Shown here piece by piece: positions 19,061 through 29,413 of a stretch of 64,000 nucleotides of DNA. Source of the DNA: Spirochaetia bacterium. Its GTDB lineage: Bacteria; Spirochaetota; Spirochaetia; SZUA-6; Bin103. The first letter of the stretch is position 1, and each line of letters begins with the position of its first letter. The notes under the pieces were generated by a model. That model was not told where the DNA came from, did no database searches, and saw only the letters and a program-made list of their open reading frames with translations. The translations under genes and the position numbers were made by a program. Location of the stretch: assembly GCA_965199955.1 (NCBI GenBank), contig CBDATQ010000002.1:384001-448000 (forward strand). Direction: 5' to 3'.

Positions 19061-20155
19061 ATGGCGGAGACTCGAGCGGCGTCCGGCGGGAACGTCGACA
19101 CGCCGGACGCCGACACGTCGGACCTGGTCTTCCGGTTCGGGCCGTCGCCATCGACCATCCGCTTCGTCCCAACGCTGAGCTCCGCCGACGTGGGACCGTC
19201 GGAGAACGCCCTGCTGGTCTGCGACCACCACACCGAGCCGCTGCTCCCGGCGGGATCGCCCGAGGCACTCCGGGTCGATGCGGAGGAGGCGGACAAGGGC
19301 TGGAGCACGGTCGCGCGGGTCATCGATGCCGCTCACCGGGCGGGACTGGATCGCGGCGCTAGCGTCACGGCGCTCGGCGGCGGCGTGCTGTGCGACGTCG
19401 TCGCCTTCGCCGCCTCGGTGTACCTGCGTGGCGTGCGCCTGGTCCTGATTCCCACGACCCTGGTGGCCATGGTCGATGCGGCCGTGGGGGGCAAGACCGG
19501 AGTCGACTACGAGGGCCGCAAGAACCTGATCGGTTCCTTCTACCCGGCGGCCCAGGTGGTGGTGTGGCCGGGCGCGCTTGCCAGCCTGCCGGAGCGGCAG
19601 CTTGCGGCCGGGATCGCGGAGGTGGTCAAGACCGCGTTGTTGGGCGACCCGGGTCTGGTGGAGCTCCTGGAACGCGACGGGTTCGCGGCGGTCACGGGCG
19701 GCGCCGCGGCGGCCTGCGCGGTGGTGCGCCGGTGCGTACAGGTGAAGGGCGGCATCGTGGCCGCGGATCCGACCGAGCGCACCGGGCTGCGCGACGTGCT
19801 CAACCTCGGACACACCTTCGCACACGCCCTGGAGGCGGTGACCGGCTTCGGCCCGTGGAACCACGGAGAGGCGGTGGCGTGGGGCATCGCCCGCGCCATG
19901 GATCTCGGCGTGCACCTCGGCGAAACGCCTCCGGCGCACCGGGAGCGAGTGCTCGCGCTGCTGGAGTCGCTCCGCTTCCGGTTGCGCGTGGGTTCGCAAG
20001 CGCCGCCGGCCGCGCTGGTGGAGGCGATGGCGGCTGACAAGAAACGCCGCGGTGGGCAACTGCGCTTCGTGCTGCAGCGCGGCGTGGGCGACACGTTCGT
20101 ACGCCCGGTCGAACGGGCCGAGGTGTTGCGCGTGCTGGCATCGGCCGCGCTGTAG
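19061..20155 (+). CDS. aroB: 3-dehydroquinate synthase
   Basis: LGGGVLCD, PTTLVAMVDAAVGGKT, KNLIGSFY, LNLGHTFAHALE, HGEAV, DKK. Confidence 0.93.
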   Translation: MAETRAASGGNVDTPDADTSDLVFRFGPSPSTIRFVPTLSSADVGPSENALLVCDHHTEPLLPAGSPEALRVDAEEADKGWSTVARVIDAAHRAGLDRGASVTALGGGVLCDVVAFAASVYLRGVRLVLIPTTLVAMVDAAVGGKTGVDYEGRKNLIGSFYPAAQVVVWPGALASLPERQLAAGIAEVVKTALLGDPGLVELLERDGFAAVTGGAAAACAVVRRCVQVKGGIVAADPTERTGLRDVLNLGHTFAHALEAVTGFGPWNHGEAVAWGIARAMDLGVHLGETPPAHRERVLALLESLRFRLRVGSQAPPAALVEAMAADKKRRGGQLRFVLQRGVGDTFVRPVERAEVLRVLASAAL

Positions 20156-20171
20156 CGCGGACGGGACGGGC

Positions 20172-22673
20172 CTACCGTTCGGAGGTCCGCTCCAGCAGCT
20201 CGGACAGGTGTTCCTCAAGCGGCTGCGCACCGTCCGCCACCGACTGCAGGCTGGCCAGCGTCTCTTCCACGGCGTGGCGCCATCCGCGGCGCGGCTGCAG
20301 GCGGAAGCCGCCGGAGCCGTCCGCGGTCAGGGACAGGAAGCCCAGTCGGCGGCTGCCTGCGCCGCGCGGGACGACGCGCAGGGCGAGCCCGGCAGCCGCG
20401 AGCAGCGGCGCCCGATCCGCGTGCGGGTCGAACCGCCGCTCCGGCCAGGTGCGCAGCACCCCTTCGTCGAGGCGCAGGTGGGGCAGGGCCTGCAGGATGG
20501 CGGAGAGCGGCGCGCCGCGCATCAGTTCCCCGCCGCTCTGCCGTATGACCCCGCGCACGTCTCCGAGGTCGCGCCGGCTGGCGCCCGCCAGCTCCAGTCG
20601 CCGGTCGCGGACCGCGCTCCACTCCAGGATCGCGTACCGCCGCGAGCCCTTGCCGGACGTCAGCGGCAGGGTCACCCCGGCAAGCTGCAGGGCGGCGCCC
20701 GCGCGTGGCGGTCGCGAGCCGCGGGCTCCCTCGCGGTCGCTTCGGCCACGACCGGACCGGGGCCGTGCCCGCGGTTCCGGAACCAGAGCCTCGGCCAGGC
20801 GCTGATCGACGCGCGCGAGCATTGCGGTCCGCAGGGGGGAGACCGAGCGGGCGTACAGGCGCGACGTGCGCACGATCTCGCCGGCGACGATGAAGCGGGC
20901 ATCCTCCCGGTACATGGATGATCCCGGGTGGATGTGGATCCGTTCGGCCGACAGCGACCGGTAAATCCCGCGTCCCGTGTTGACGCACACGGACTGGATC
21001 AACCCGCGCGCGATCGCGCACAGGTAGTCGTGCAGCGGACCGCCCCCGGCAAGCGGTACACCCATGTCCGATACGATCTGGGCGAGCTGGCGCCTGATGT
21101 TGGCAGCCTCGCCAAGCACCCGGTCGTCCAGGAAGTGTCGCGTGCAGAAGCCTTTCCGGTCGCCGGCCTGCTCGAAGCTGCGCAGCAGATCCAGGAAGCC
21201 CGCGAAGTCGCCGAGCCGGTGGTGGAAGGCTCGGTGAGCGCTGCGCGCTTGTTCCTCTTCCCCCAGCGGATACAGGAACGGCGACGGCGTCGACAGGAAC
21301 GCCGCGCCGGTGATGGCTTCATCGACCACCGTCGGGTAGCGGTGGATGGCCTCGACGATCACGCGCGCGAGCCGCGGCAGAATGGGAAACAGCACCATCT
21401 GTTCGCCGATTCCGGTCAGGCGGCGGCCGTCATCCAAGGCGCCGAGCCACCGCAGTGAGTCCACGGCGGCGCGGATGTGCCGCCGGCCCGGGGGCGAGAT
21501 GAAGTCGAAGCCCTCGAAGTCGTCGATACCCAGATCGGCCATGCGCAACACGACCTCGGTCAGATCGGTCCGCAGGATTTCCTCTTCCGTGAACGCCGGA
21601 CGGTTGTCGAACGATCGCCGGTCGTACAGCCGGTAGCACACGCCGGGCCGTGTCCGTCCCGCGCGGCCGGTGCGCTGGTTGCAGGAGGCGCGGGAGATCG
21701 GTGTCTCGGTAAGGGAAGCCGTGAACGTGCGTGGATCGTAGGCGTTGAGCTTGGCCCGTCCGGGATCGATGACCCAGACGATCCCGTCGATGGTCAGGCT
21801 GGTTTCGGCGATGTTGGTCGCTGCCACGACCTTGCGCCTCCCCGGGTAGTCGTCGAACACCCGCTGCTGCTCGTCGCCGCCGAGTCTGGCGAACAGCGGC
21901 AGCGGCGCAAGCGCCCGGCCGAGCCGCAGGGAGCGCAGGGTCTCTATGCATTCGCGGATCTCGCGTTCGCCGCTCAGGAAGATCAACACGTCGCCCGGCT
22001 CGCCGGTGCGGTCGATCTCGGCGACGATGTCGCCGATCGCCGCCTGGGTCGCAGCGGGATCGTTCTCGGGATGGACGGGCCGGTAGTGGACGTCGACGGG
22101 AAAGGTGCGCGAGTCCACCCGCACGATGGGGCAACCGCTGAAGTAGCCCGAGAACACCTCGGCGTTGATGGTGGCCGAGGAGACCACCACGCGCAGGTCG
22201 TCGCGCCGCTCCAGCACCTGCCTGAGCAGACCCAGGGTGAAGTCGATGTTGAGGCTGCGTTCATGCGCCTCGTCCACGACCACCACCTGGTACTCGCGCA
22301 GATCGCCGTCGAGCTTGATCTCCTGCAGCAGTATGCCGTCGGTCATGATCTTGATCGCGCAGGAGCGGGTCGTCGTGTCCTCGAACCGCATCTTGTAGGC
22401 GATCAGGTCTTCCGTAACCCCGTCCGCGGCCGCCATCTGCCGCTGCAGGTACCGGCAGACCGAGACCGCGGCGATTCGCCTGGGCTGGGTGATGCCGATG
22501 CGCGCCGTACGTCCGTAGCCGTGCTCGTACAGCAGCCGGGGGATCTGCGTGGTCTTGCCGGAGCCGGTCGGGCTCTCCACCACGACCGCGCGGTGCTCAT
22601 CGAGCGCAGCCAGAATGCGCCCGCGGTGCCGGTAGACCGGCATGTGCAGCGCCGCGTCCGGCATCGGCATCAT
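20172..22673 (-). CDS. hrpA: HrpA-family DEAH-box RNA helicase
   Basis: SPTGSGKTT, TQPRRIAA, DEAHERS, SAT, ATNIAETSLT, QRTGRAGR; start uncertain. Confidence 0.92.
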   Translation of the reverse strand: MMPMPDAALHMPVYRHRGRILAALDEHRAVVVESPTGSGKTTQIPRLLYEHGYGRTARIGITQPRRIAAVSVCRYLQRQMAAADGVTEDLIAYKMRFEDTTTRSCAIKIMTDGILLQEIKLDGDLREYQVVVVDEAHERSLNIDFTLGLLRQVLERRDDLRVVVSSATINAEVFSGYFSGCPIVRVDSRTFPVDVHYRPVHPENDPAATQAAIGDIVAEIDRTGEPGDVLIFLSGEREIRECIETLRSLRLGRALAPLPLFARLGGDEQQRVFDDYPGRRKVVAATNIAETSLTIDGIVWVIDPGRAKLNAYDPRTFTASLTETPISRASCNQRTGRAGRTRPGVCYRLYDRRSFDNRPAFTEEEILRTDLTEVVLRMADLGIDDFEGFDFISPPGRRHIRAAVDSLRWLGALDDGRRLTGIGEQMVLFPILPRLARVIVEAIHRYPTVVDEAITGAAFLSTPSPFLYPLGEEEQARSAHRAFHHRLGDFAGFLDLLRSFEQAGDRKGFCTRHFLDDRVLGEAANIRRQLAQIVSDMGVPLAGGGPLHDYLCAIARGLIQSVCVNTGRGIYRSLSAERIHIHPGSSMYREDARFIVAGEIVRTSRLYARSVSPLRTAMLARVDQRLAEALVPEPRARPRSGRGRSDREGARGSRPPRAGAALQLAGVTLPLTSGKGSRRYAILEWSAVRDRRLELAGASRRDLGDVRGVIRQSGGELMRGAPLSAILQALPHLRLDEGVLRTWPERRFDPHADRAPLLAAAGLALRVVPRGAGSRRLGFLSLTADGSGGFRLQPRRGWRHAVEETLASLQSVADGAQPLEEHLSELLERTSER

Positions 22674-22777
22674 GAACGGCCGCGGGGCGATCGGTGGCCG
22701 GCCGGACCCGCGCCGCCCGCCATGCCCGCGCATCCGGCATGTGCGTCCGTTACCGTGACGGGGTAGAATTGCTTCCG

Positions 22778-23863
22778 GTGTTGAGGCGGTACCGGATGTC
22801 GGCCGACGGCGAGCATGCCGTCACCGCCCGCGTCTATACGCGAGACGAGCACGGAATCGACCGCGATCAGTTCGATCGCGATGCACTGGCGGTCGTCGGC
22901 CGCCTGCAACGCGCCGGCCACGAGGCATACGTAGTCGGAGGCGCCATCCGCGACCTGATCACCGGCCGGATCCCGAAGGACGTCGATGTCGCCACCAGCG
23001 CCCGTCCGCGCATGGTCACGCGGCAGTTCTCCCGCGCGCGGATCATCGGCCGGAGGTTCAAGATCATGCACGTGCCGGCCGGGAGGCAGGGGATCGTCGA
23101 GGTGTCGACCTTCCGCGGTCCGGGAACGGATAGGCCGGGTACGGATGGCGACAACCACTACGGCACCATGGCCGAGGATGCGCTGCGCAGGGATTTCACG
23201 GTCAACGGATTGTACTACTGTCCCCGGCGCCAGCAGATCATCGACTATGTGGCGGGCTTCCGGGATCTCATCGCCGGCCGCTTGCGCACCATCGGCGATC
23301 CCGGGCAGGCGTTCATGGATGACCCCGTGCGCATGTTGCGGGCGATCAAGTACGCCGCCTTTCTGGGCGTGCGCGTGCCTGAAGGGTACCGGCGGCTGAT
23401 CCGGCGGCACGCCGGACTGCTCGGCGAATGCCCGACCGGACGGCTGAGCGAGGAACTGCGCAAGCTGCTCGCCTCCGGCAACGGTTCGGCGATCGTCCTG
23501 GACTGCGCGCGGCTGGGGCTGCTTGCCGCCATGCTGCCCGCGGTGGCCGGGTGCGTGCGTCCGCGCCGCCAGGATCCCCTGATCGTGGAGTTGGCCCGCA
23601 TCGAGCGCACCGCTCGCGCAGGAGAGGAGGTGCGCCAGCGGGCGATGGCGGCACTGGCGGCCGCGGTGAACGGGACCGGCAGCGACCCCACGCTGCGCGG
23701 CGTGAAGGAGGCGTTCGCGCCGCTCGCGATTACCAACGAAGACGCGCGCTCAATCGTCGCGTCGCTGGGCGGAGGTCAGGTCGAGCCGAACGCCGGGCCC
23801 CGGCGGCGGCGTTCGCGATCACGCCGTGCCCGTCACGCCGACGGCGGTCACGCCGGCGGGTAG
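22778..23863 (+). CDS. pcnB: Poly(A) polymerase I
   Basis: VGGAIRD, KDVDVAT, PAP-type signature IIGRRFKIMHV, RRDFTVN, DDPVRMLR. Confidence 0.9.
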   Translation: MLRRYRMSADGEHAVTARVYTRDEHGIDRDQFDRDALAVVGRLQRAGHEAYVVGGAIRDLITGRIPKDVDVATSARPRMVTRQFSRARIIGRRFKIMHVPAGRQGIVEVSTFRGPGTDRPGTDGDNHYGTMAEDALRRDFTVNGLYYCPRRQQIIDYVAGFRDLIAGRLRTIGDPGQAFMDDPVRMLRAIKYAAFLGVRVPEGYRRLIRRHAGLLGECPTGRLSEELRKLLASGNGSAIVLDCARLGLLAAMLPAVAGCVRPRRQDPLIVELARIERTARAGEEVRQRAMAALAAAVNGTGSDPTLRGVKEAFAPLAITNEDARSIVASLGGGQVEPNAGPRRRRSRSRRARHADGGHAGG

Positions 23864-23979
23864 CGCCCCAATACCGTCGCCTTTGGCTCCGCTATTGGCC
23901 CATCCCAACCTTCCGTGTCGGAGTCTGTCGGCCCACCGCTCCGCGGCCTTCCCGCTTGCGCGGCAAATCCAACCGACTC

Positions 23980-24852
23980 CTATCGGTCGGCGTCCGGAAG
24001 CAGGCTGCCGACGGTTACGTCCACCTGGCTCAGCACGAGACCCGCGTAGCGCTGCAGGCTGGACATGATGAGCTCGCGCAGGTCGTGCAGCCCGGGTCCC
24101 GCCGCGGCTCCCGACGGAACGTCGACGATCACCTCCAGTGCCCATGCTCCGGTCGACTTGCTGACGATCACGCGCGCAAGGCGCAGGCTGGGATCGTGCT
24201 CATGCAGGCAGTGCGCGACCATCTGGGTCAGCGCTGCCTCCGACACCGACACCGCGCCGCGGCTCCCGCCGATCACCTCCGTCTTTTCGAACACCATCCC
24301 CTTGTTGCGCAGCACGCCCCGCTGCCAGAAGATCCTGATGGCGTCGATCGCCATGTGTGCGTAGTCCCGGCGCACTTCGACCGGCGGTACCGGGATGATG
24401 TGCTTGCCTTCGGACTCCCGCGCCGCGCGTGCCGCGTCGATCTCCGCGCGGCTGGCGATCTCCTCGATGTGCAGATACCTGTGCGGCGCCGGCAGGGCGA
24501 GCCGGCGGGTGATGAGCTGCACCATCCTGGCCGAGGTGCCCAACACCAGCACGCGGCGCGGGCGAATGGCCGCGATCCACCGACGAGCTCCCTGAGCCGC
24601 GCGCGGGTCGTGGAACACCGCGGTCTTCACGGCGGCGAGGGCGTTGTTGGCGACCTTTGCCGACCGGCCGCCCAGGATCTTCTGGTTCCGGATCAGCAAC
24701 CCGTCGTCGATGATGAGGTCCATGCCGTGGTGCGTGGCGATGAGTTGCGCCCGGAAGCTCTTACCGGTGCCGCTGCGGCCGATGAGCGCGGTGACGCGCA
24801 CGCCGCGCAGCCGCCATGTCAGGTGATGCACCAGGGTTCGAATCCACGTCAT
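23980..24852 (-). CDS. Uncharacterised P-loop NTPase fused to Asp23/Gls24-like C-terminal domain
   Basis: Walker A GRSGTGKSFRA, IIDDGLLI, LVLGTS, GKHIIPVP; C-terminus GAVSVSEAAL...LQRYAGLVLSQVDVTV. Confidence 0.8.
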   Translation of the reverse strand: MTWIRTLVHHLTWRLRGVRVTALIGRSGTGKSFRAQLIATHHGMDLIIDDGLLIRNQKILGGRSAKVANNALAAVKTAVFHDPRAAQGARRWIAAIRPRRVLVLGTSARMVQLITRRLALPAPHRYLHIEEIASRAEIDAARAARESEGKHIIPVPPVEVRRDYAHMAIDAIRIFWQRGVLRNKGMVFEKTEVIGGSRGAVSVSEAALTQMVAHCLHEHDPSLRLARVIVSKSTGAWALEVIVDVPSGAAAGPGLHDLRELIMSSLQRYAGLVLSQVDVTVGSLLPDADR

Positions 24853-25864
24853 CGAGGTACCGGCAGTCAACGTATCGGGCGCGCAACGTGACCGCCGCTC
24901 GCTCCCAGTCGGCGGAGTGCCGGGCGAGCCGCGCGATCTCCGGCGGCGCCTCCAACCACCGTGCACCAGTACAGCGCAGAAGGGAAGGGTCGCCCGAACA
25001 CAACAGCCAGGCGTGCAGGAACGGCCGCCTGCGCCTTCGCGATCCGTAGCGCCGATCGCCGGCGAGCGGCATGCCGGCTCTCGCGCACAGGGCCCGTACC
25101 TGGTGCCGCCGGCCGGTGCGGGTGGACACCGCGGCCAGGGTCATGCCGGCAACCGTGCCGATCGGGTGCAGCGAGGCGCGCAGGAGCGCGGCTTCCCGGT
25201 CGATCACTGCGCGTCGGCGCGCGGCGTCGTAGCGAAGGCGCGCCTGCAGGACCTGCGGGCGGCGCACCGTCCGCTCCACCACCACGAGGTAGACCTTCGT
25301 GGCGCGGCGCTCCCGCAGCAGCGCCGTCAGGTCGCGCGCCGCGTCGATCGTCTTTGCGTAGACCAGCAGCCCGGAGCAGATCCGGTCCAGCCGGTGCACG
25401 GCGACGGGGCGGAACGACAGCGATCCCGGCACCCGATCGGCCAGGATCGGCTCCAGGCTGTGACTGAGCGGCAACGGCCATTCGGAGACGGGCCCGGCGA
25501 CCGCGACCCCGGCCGGCTTGTCGGTCACGAACACGTGCTCGTTGTCCACCAGGGTGGGAAAGCGGGCCGGGATCTGCCTGGCGGGGGAGGCGGTCCGATC
25601 GGACGGCGCGACCGCTGCTTCGTTCCCTCCCTGTGCCGCTCCGGCCGTCGCGGATGAAAGCGATGCCGGCAGCGTGATGCGGTCACCGGGCCAGACGCGG
25701 GCGCCCGGCACCGTGGGCGCTCCGTTGAGGCGCACCGCACCGGTCCGCAGCAGCCGGTACAGCAGGCTCAACGGCGTGGTCGGATGCATCCGGCGCAGGA
25801 CGCGGTCGATGCGCCGGCCGGCGTCATTGCGCTGCGCTTCGCAGGTTCTGCCCTGTTGGCTCAT
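24761..25864 (-). CDS. RluA-family pseudouridine synthase with S4 domain
   Basis: GRRIDRVL S4 domain, DKPAG, HRLD catalytic Asp, TGRRHQVR, GDRRYG, FLHA. Confidence 0.92.
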   Translation of the reverse strand: MSQQGRTCEAQRNDAGRRIDRVLRRMHPTTPLSLLYRLLRTGAVRLNGAPTVPGARVWPGDRITLPASLSSATAGAAQGGNEAAVAPSDRTASPARQIPARFPTLVDNEHVFVTDKPAGVAVAGPVSEWPLPLSHSLEPILADRVPGSLSFRPVAVHRLDRICSGLLVYAKTIDAARDLTALLRERRATKVYLVVVERTVRRPQVLQARLRYDAARRRAVIDREAALLRASLHPIGTVAGMTLAAVSTRTGRRHQVRALCARAGMPLAGDRRYGSRRRRRPFLHAWLLCSGDPSLLRCTGARWLEAPPEIARLARHSADWERAAVTLRARYVDCRYLDDVDSNPGASPDMAAARRARHRAHRPQRHR

Positions 25865-25981
25865 TGTCGTCCCGTCACGAGTGACACGGGCGCCGGGAAC
25901 TCATGCCGCTCGGATGGTACCGCAGCGTGGCCGTCTGCGGTCACGTTGACACTTGCTCCGGCGCGGTTCGATAGTGGACGG

Positions 25982-27454
25982 ATGCGCCGATCGGAGGCGG
26001 CTGCGCGCGACCCGGCCGTGGCCCAGCGCCTCGCGTCCGCCGAACGGGACCGCGATCCGCGCTGGCGGATGGCCGGGAGCCTGCTTGCTGTCGTGTTCCT
26101 CGGTGCCATCGTGGCGCCCGCGGCCTTTCCGCTGTTCTCGGCGCACGCACAGATCTGGGATGGATACTATCTGCTCGGCGGAGAGGGGGCCGGCGGCCTC
26201 GACCGCGCCCCGCTCGAGCGGGTGTTCGCCGGATCGGTGACCCGTGCCGCATCGTTACGGTTCACGATTTTTGGCGGATTCGCGGAAGTGCCGGTGGATC
26301 GGTTGGCGCAACGGCTGGACCGGGTGGATCCCCGTTTCGATCCGTTTCTGCGCGGCGTCACCGGTCTGTTCGCCGCCAGCGACCCTTCGGGTAGGGAATG
26401 GAGCCTGGGCTATCTGCGCACCGACCTGCCGCCGGCGGGGTTGTTGCTCCGTCTGGCGTTCCGTGCCCCGGCGGCGGCACGTGCGGTGCTGGACTTCGAC
26501 GTCCGCGGCCGGCTGCTGGCAGCCGGCCTGGTAGCCGCGGTCGCCGTGGCCGCGATCGGGGTTCGCTCCGTCGCCGGCCGTCCCGCGTCGGGGCTGGGCA
26601 TGGCGGGCATCGTGGCGCCTTGGACGGTCGCCGCGCTGAACGCCGGCGGCGTGGCGGTGATCGCCGCGGCCGCGGTGGTCCCCGCGCTCTGGCGCCTGCC
26701 CGGTCCCGTGCCTGCGCGGGCGGCCGGCGGGGCTGCGGCCGCTGTCGCGGTGGTGGTGACTGCCAGCTTCCTGACCGCCGGAGCGCTGGCGGGCTTCGCA
26801 GTCAGCGCGGCCAGCCTGGGCTCCATCGCCGCGATGGCGTCGTCGAGCGCCCGCAGGATACCGCTGCCAGGCGGACCGCGCCGGCGGTCCGCCGACCTTG
26901 TCGCCTCCGGATCGCTGGTCGCTCTGGCGACCGTGGTCGCGACCGCAGGGGCATCGCTGCCGGCCGTATGGGTACCTGCCCCGGAAGCCGGCAGCGCTCT
27001 ACGCGCCCCGGACGGACTCACGTGGGAGGGGCTCCGCGGGCTCGGCGTATCGGACGGGGACCGGGGCGCTCTGCCGAACGCTGCCGACTACGTTGCGCAC
27101 GTGGCATTCCAGGAAGGCCTGCCGTACGGCCGCACCTACCGCCTGCCGACCGAGGGCGAGCGCCTGACGGTGTCCTCGTTTCGTTTCGACGCGCGCGAAC
27201 GCCGCGTGCTGCGCCGCGAGAACGTGGTCGCCATCTACGATCGGAGCTGGCTGCAGCGGACGATCTCCGAAGCGGGTGGCGTCGGCCGGCTGCTGCTTGA
27301 CGCGGGCGCCGTGCCGGTGCGCCGGCAACGGCTGGCCGATGCCGCGCGCACTCGCCGGGAGACGGGCGCAGCGATCGCGCTGGGCCTGGCGGCCGGCGGT
27401 ATCTCGGTGGGCGCAGCGCTGTGGTCGCGTCCCTCCCGGAAGGGACGCCCGTGA
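25982..27454 (+). CDS. Hypothetical multi-pass membrane protein
   Basis: Long ORF with multiple hydrophobic segments; stop overlaps next start (GTGA); promoter-like sequence upstream. Confidence 0.65.
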   Translation: MRRSEAAARDPAVAQRLASAERDRDPRWRMAGSLLAVVFLGAIVAPAAFPLFSAHAQIWDGYYLLGGEGAGGLDRAPLERVFAGSVTRAASLRFTIFGGFAEVPVDRLAQRLDRVDPRFDPFLRGVTGLFAASDPSGREWSLGYLRTDLPPAGLLLRLAFRAPAAARAVLDFDVRGRLLAAGLVAAVAVAAIGVRSVAGRPASGLGMAGIVAPWTVAALNAGGVAVIAAAAVVPALWRLPGPVPARAAGGAAAAVAVVVTASFLTAGALAGFAVSAASLGSIAAMASSSARRIPLPGGPRRRSADLVASGSLVALATVVATAGASLPAVWVPAPEAGSALRAPDGLTWEGLRGLGVSDGDRGALPNAADYVAHVAFQEGLPYGRTYRLPTEGERLTVSSFRFDARERRVLRRENVVAIYDRSWLQRTISEAGGVGRLLLDAGAVPVRRQRLADAARTRRETGAAIALGLAAGGISVGAALWSRPSRKGRP

Positions 27455-29370
27455 GCGGATCGGAAGGAACGGTCAACCTGATACTGGGCCTGTGCAGCCA
27501 GCGTCCCGTGGGCTGTTCGGACTCGGATCACGAGTGTTCCTACCAGAGGAGCTACAAGCCGTTGGCGCAGCTCGCCTGCCGCTTCCCTGACTCCCGCTGG
27601 ATGTTTCATCTGGGCGGCGAGCTGCTGGAGTGGATCGATCGCCGCCACCCGGAGTTGATCATGCTGCTCCGCGAGATGGTCAAGCGGCGCCAGATGGAGC
27701 CTCTCGGCGGGGGCTTCTATGCGCCGGTGCTGCCGGTCATCCCCGCGCTCGATCGCGTCGGGCAGATCGAGAAACTGACGACCGAGCTGCGTGTGCGCTT
27801 CGGCACCCGACCTCGAGGGGTGTGGCTTGCCGACTGCGTTTGGGAGCCATCGCTGGCGCACTCCCTGGTGGGCGCAGGCATGGAGTTCACGTTCCTGGAC
27901 TCCCGGCAGTTCCGGGCCACCGGCGTGGCCGGCGGCCAGCTCCACCGCGCCCATCTCACCGAGGACGAAGGCAGGGTGCTGTCGGTGATGCCCATCCACC
28001 ATCGCCTTGGGGAGCTCATGGAGTCCGTTTCCCCGGAGCAGGCAGTCGCGTCGCTCTGCCGCGCCGGTGACCTCGAGGGCAACCGGGTGGCGGTCGCCCT
28101 CGACGAGCCGGAAGACCTGGGCGACCTCCGGTGGCTGGAGCGCTTTCTGGAACTGGTCAGCGCCGACACGCGCATCGTGCCGACCACGCCGCGGGCGTAC
28201 CTGCGGCGCCACGGCACCGACGGGTTCGTCTACCTGGACTGCGGCATGGATGTCCGTCGCAGTTCGTCCTCGCGAAAGGACGCGGTGTCCGGAAGCGACC
28301 ACGGCGTGTTCCGCCGGCACGTGTCCCGGCTGCCTGACTGCCGTCTTCTCTACGCAAAGATGGTGCACTCTTACCTGCTCGTGAACCAGGTGCGCGGCGA
28401 CCGCGAGCGGCGCCGTGCCGCGCGCAACGACCTGTGGCGAGGGCAGTGCGGCCACGCCTACTGGAGCCGGCCGGACGGCGGGATCCACACCCGCTGCACG
28501 CGTGATGCGGTCTACGAGGCTCTGCTGCAGGCCGAAGTGCAGGCACGCGACCAGACGTCGTTTCTGCCGTCCATCATGCGGACCGACTACGACATGGACG
28601 GACACCCCGAACTGCTGTATCACGGCCGCCAGTACAACGCCTACGTGCACACCGCCGGCGGCATCCTGTTCGAGCTGGACTACCTGCCGGGCTCGGTGAA
28701 CTACATGAACACATTCACGCGCACGGAGGGCCCGGGACCCGACCGGGCCGACCCCTATCTCAAGCGGGGGTTCGTGGATCACGTCCTGGCATCCGCGCCC
28801 ACGGTCGCGGACTACACGAGCGGCTTTCGCTCCGCGCCCTGCCCGGTCGGCGAGCGGTACGTGGTGCAGTCCGTGGACGACGATCGTCTCACCCTGCTGC
28901 GCCGCGGCGTTGCCATCCCCGCGTCGGCGACGGGCGCTGGAGCGGACGGCTCGGTGCCGTCAACCCTGCACAAGTCCTATCGGTTCCGCGCCCGCTCGAT
29001 GGAGGTCCGCTACGATCTCGCTGCGGACCGCGACATCGACGCGTGGCTCGGCGTGGAGATCAACCTTGCCGTCGCCGCCGGAAGCACCGCGCGCGCGGTC
29101 GGGCCGCGGGGCGCGCAACGCGCGCTCCGGCAGCCCGTGTCGTTCGGCCCCACCACGCTGGTGGAGATCGACGATCCCGGCGGCGGAGCGCGGCTGACGA
29201 TTCGTACGGGAGAGGCTCAGGCGGGAGTCTATGCGCCCGTGCATGTCGGCGGCGAGTACCAGTACTGCGGGCTGGTGATCGCCTGGAGGCTGCGCTCCGG
29301 GGCGGGAGTACGGTGGTCGCGCCGGGCATCGATCGCGTTCTCGCGTCTTTGCGCCGGGCGCGGCTCGTGA
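27451..29370 (+). CDS. GH57 4-alpha-glucanotransferase-like protein (DUF1925/DUF1926), active site degenerate
   Basis: GGGFYAPVLPVIP, DRVGQI, PRGVWL, LYAKM, WRGQC..AYW, DYDMDG, GGILFELDY. Confidence 0.85.
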   Translation: MSGSEGTVNLILGLCSQRPVGCSDSDHECSYQRSYKPLAQLACRFPDSRWMFHLGGELLEWIDRRHPELIMLLREMVKRRQMEPLGGGFYAPVLPVIPALDRVGQIEKLTTELRVRFGTRPRGVWLADCVWEPSLAHSLVGAGMEFTFLDSRQFRATGVAGGQLHRAHLTEDEGRVLSVMPIHHRLGELMESVSPEQAVASLCRAGDLEGNRVAVALDEPEDLGDLRWLERFLELVSADTRIVPTTPRAYLRRHGTDGFVYLDCGMDVRRSSSSRKDAVSGSDHGVFRRHVSRLPDCRLLYAKMVHSYLLVNQVRGDRERRRAARNDLWRGQCGHAYWSRPDGGIHTRCTRDAVYEALLQAEVQARDQTSFLPSIMRTDYDMDGHPELLYHGRQYNAYVHTAGGILFELDYLPGSVNYMNTFTRTEGPGPDRADPYLKRGFVDHVLASAPTVADYTSGFRSAPCPVGERYVVQSVDDDRLTLLRRGVAIPASATGAGADGSVPSTLHKSYRFRARSMEVRYDLAADRDIDAWLGVEINLAVAAGSTARAVGPRGAQRALRQPVSFGPTTLVEIDDPGGGARLTIRTGEAQAGVYAPVHVGGEYQYCGLVIAWRLRSGAGVRWSRRASIAFSRLCAGRGS

Positions 29371-29413
29371 TAGCATGGCAGCCCGACGCCAATACTCACA
29401 TGAGGGTATTCAT

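Noticed and set aside
22778..23863. CCA-adding enzyme
   Set aside because: Carries the poly(A) polymerase-specific GRRF-type signature and a basic C-terminal tail
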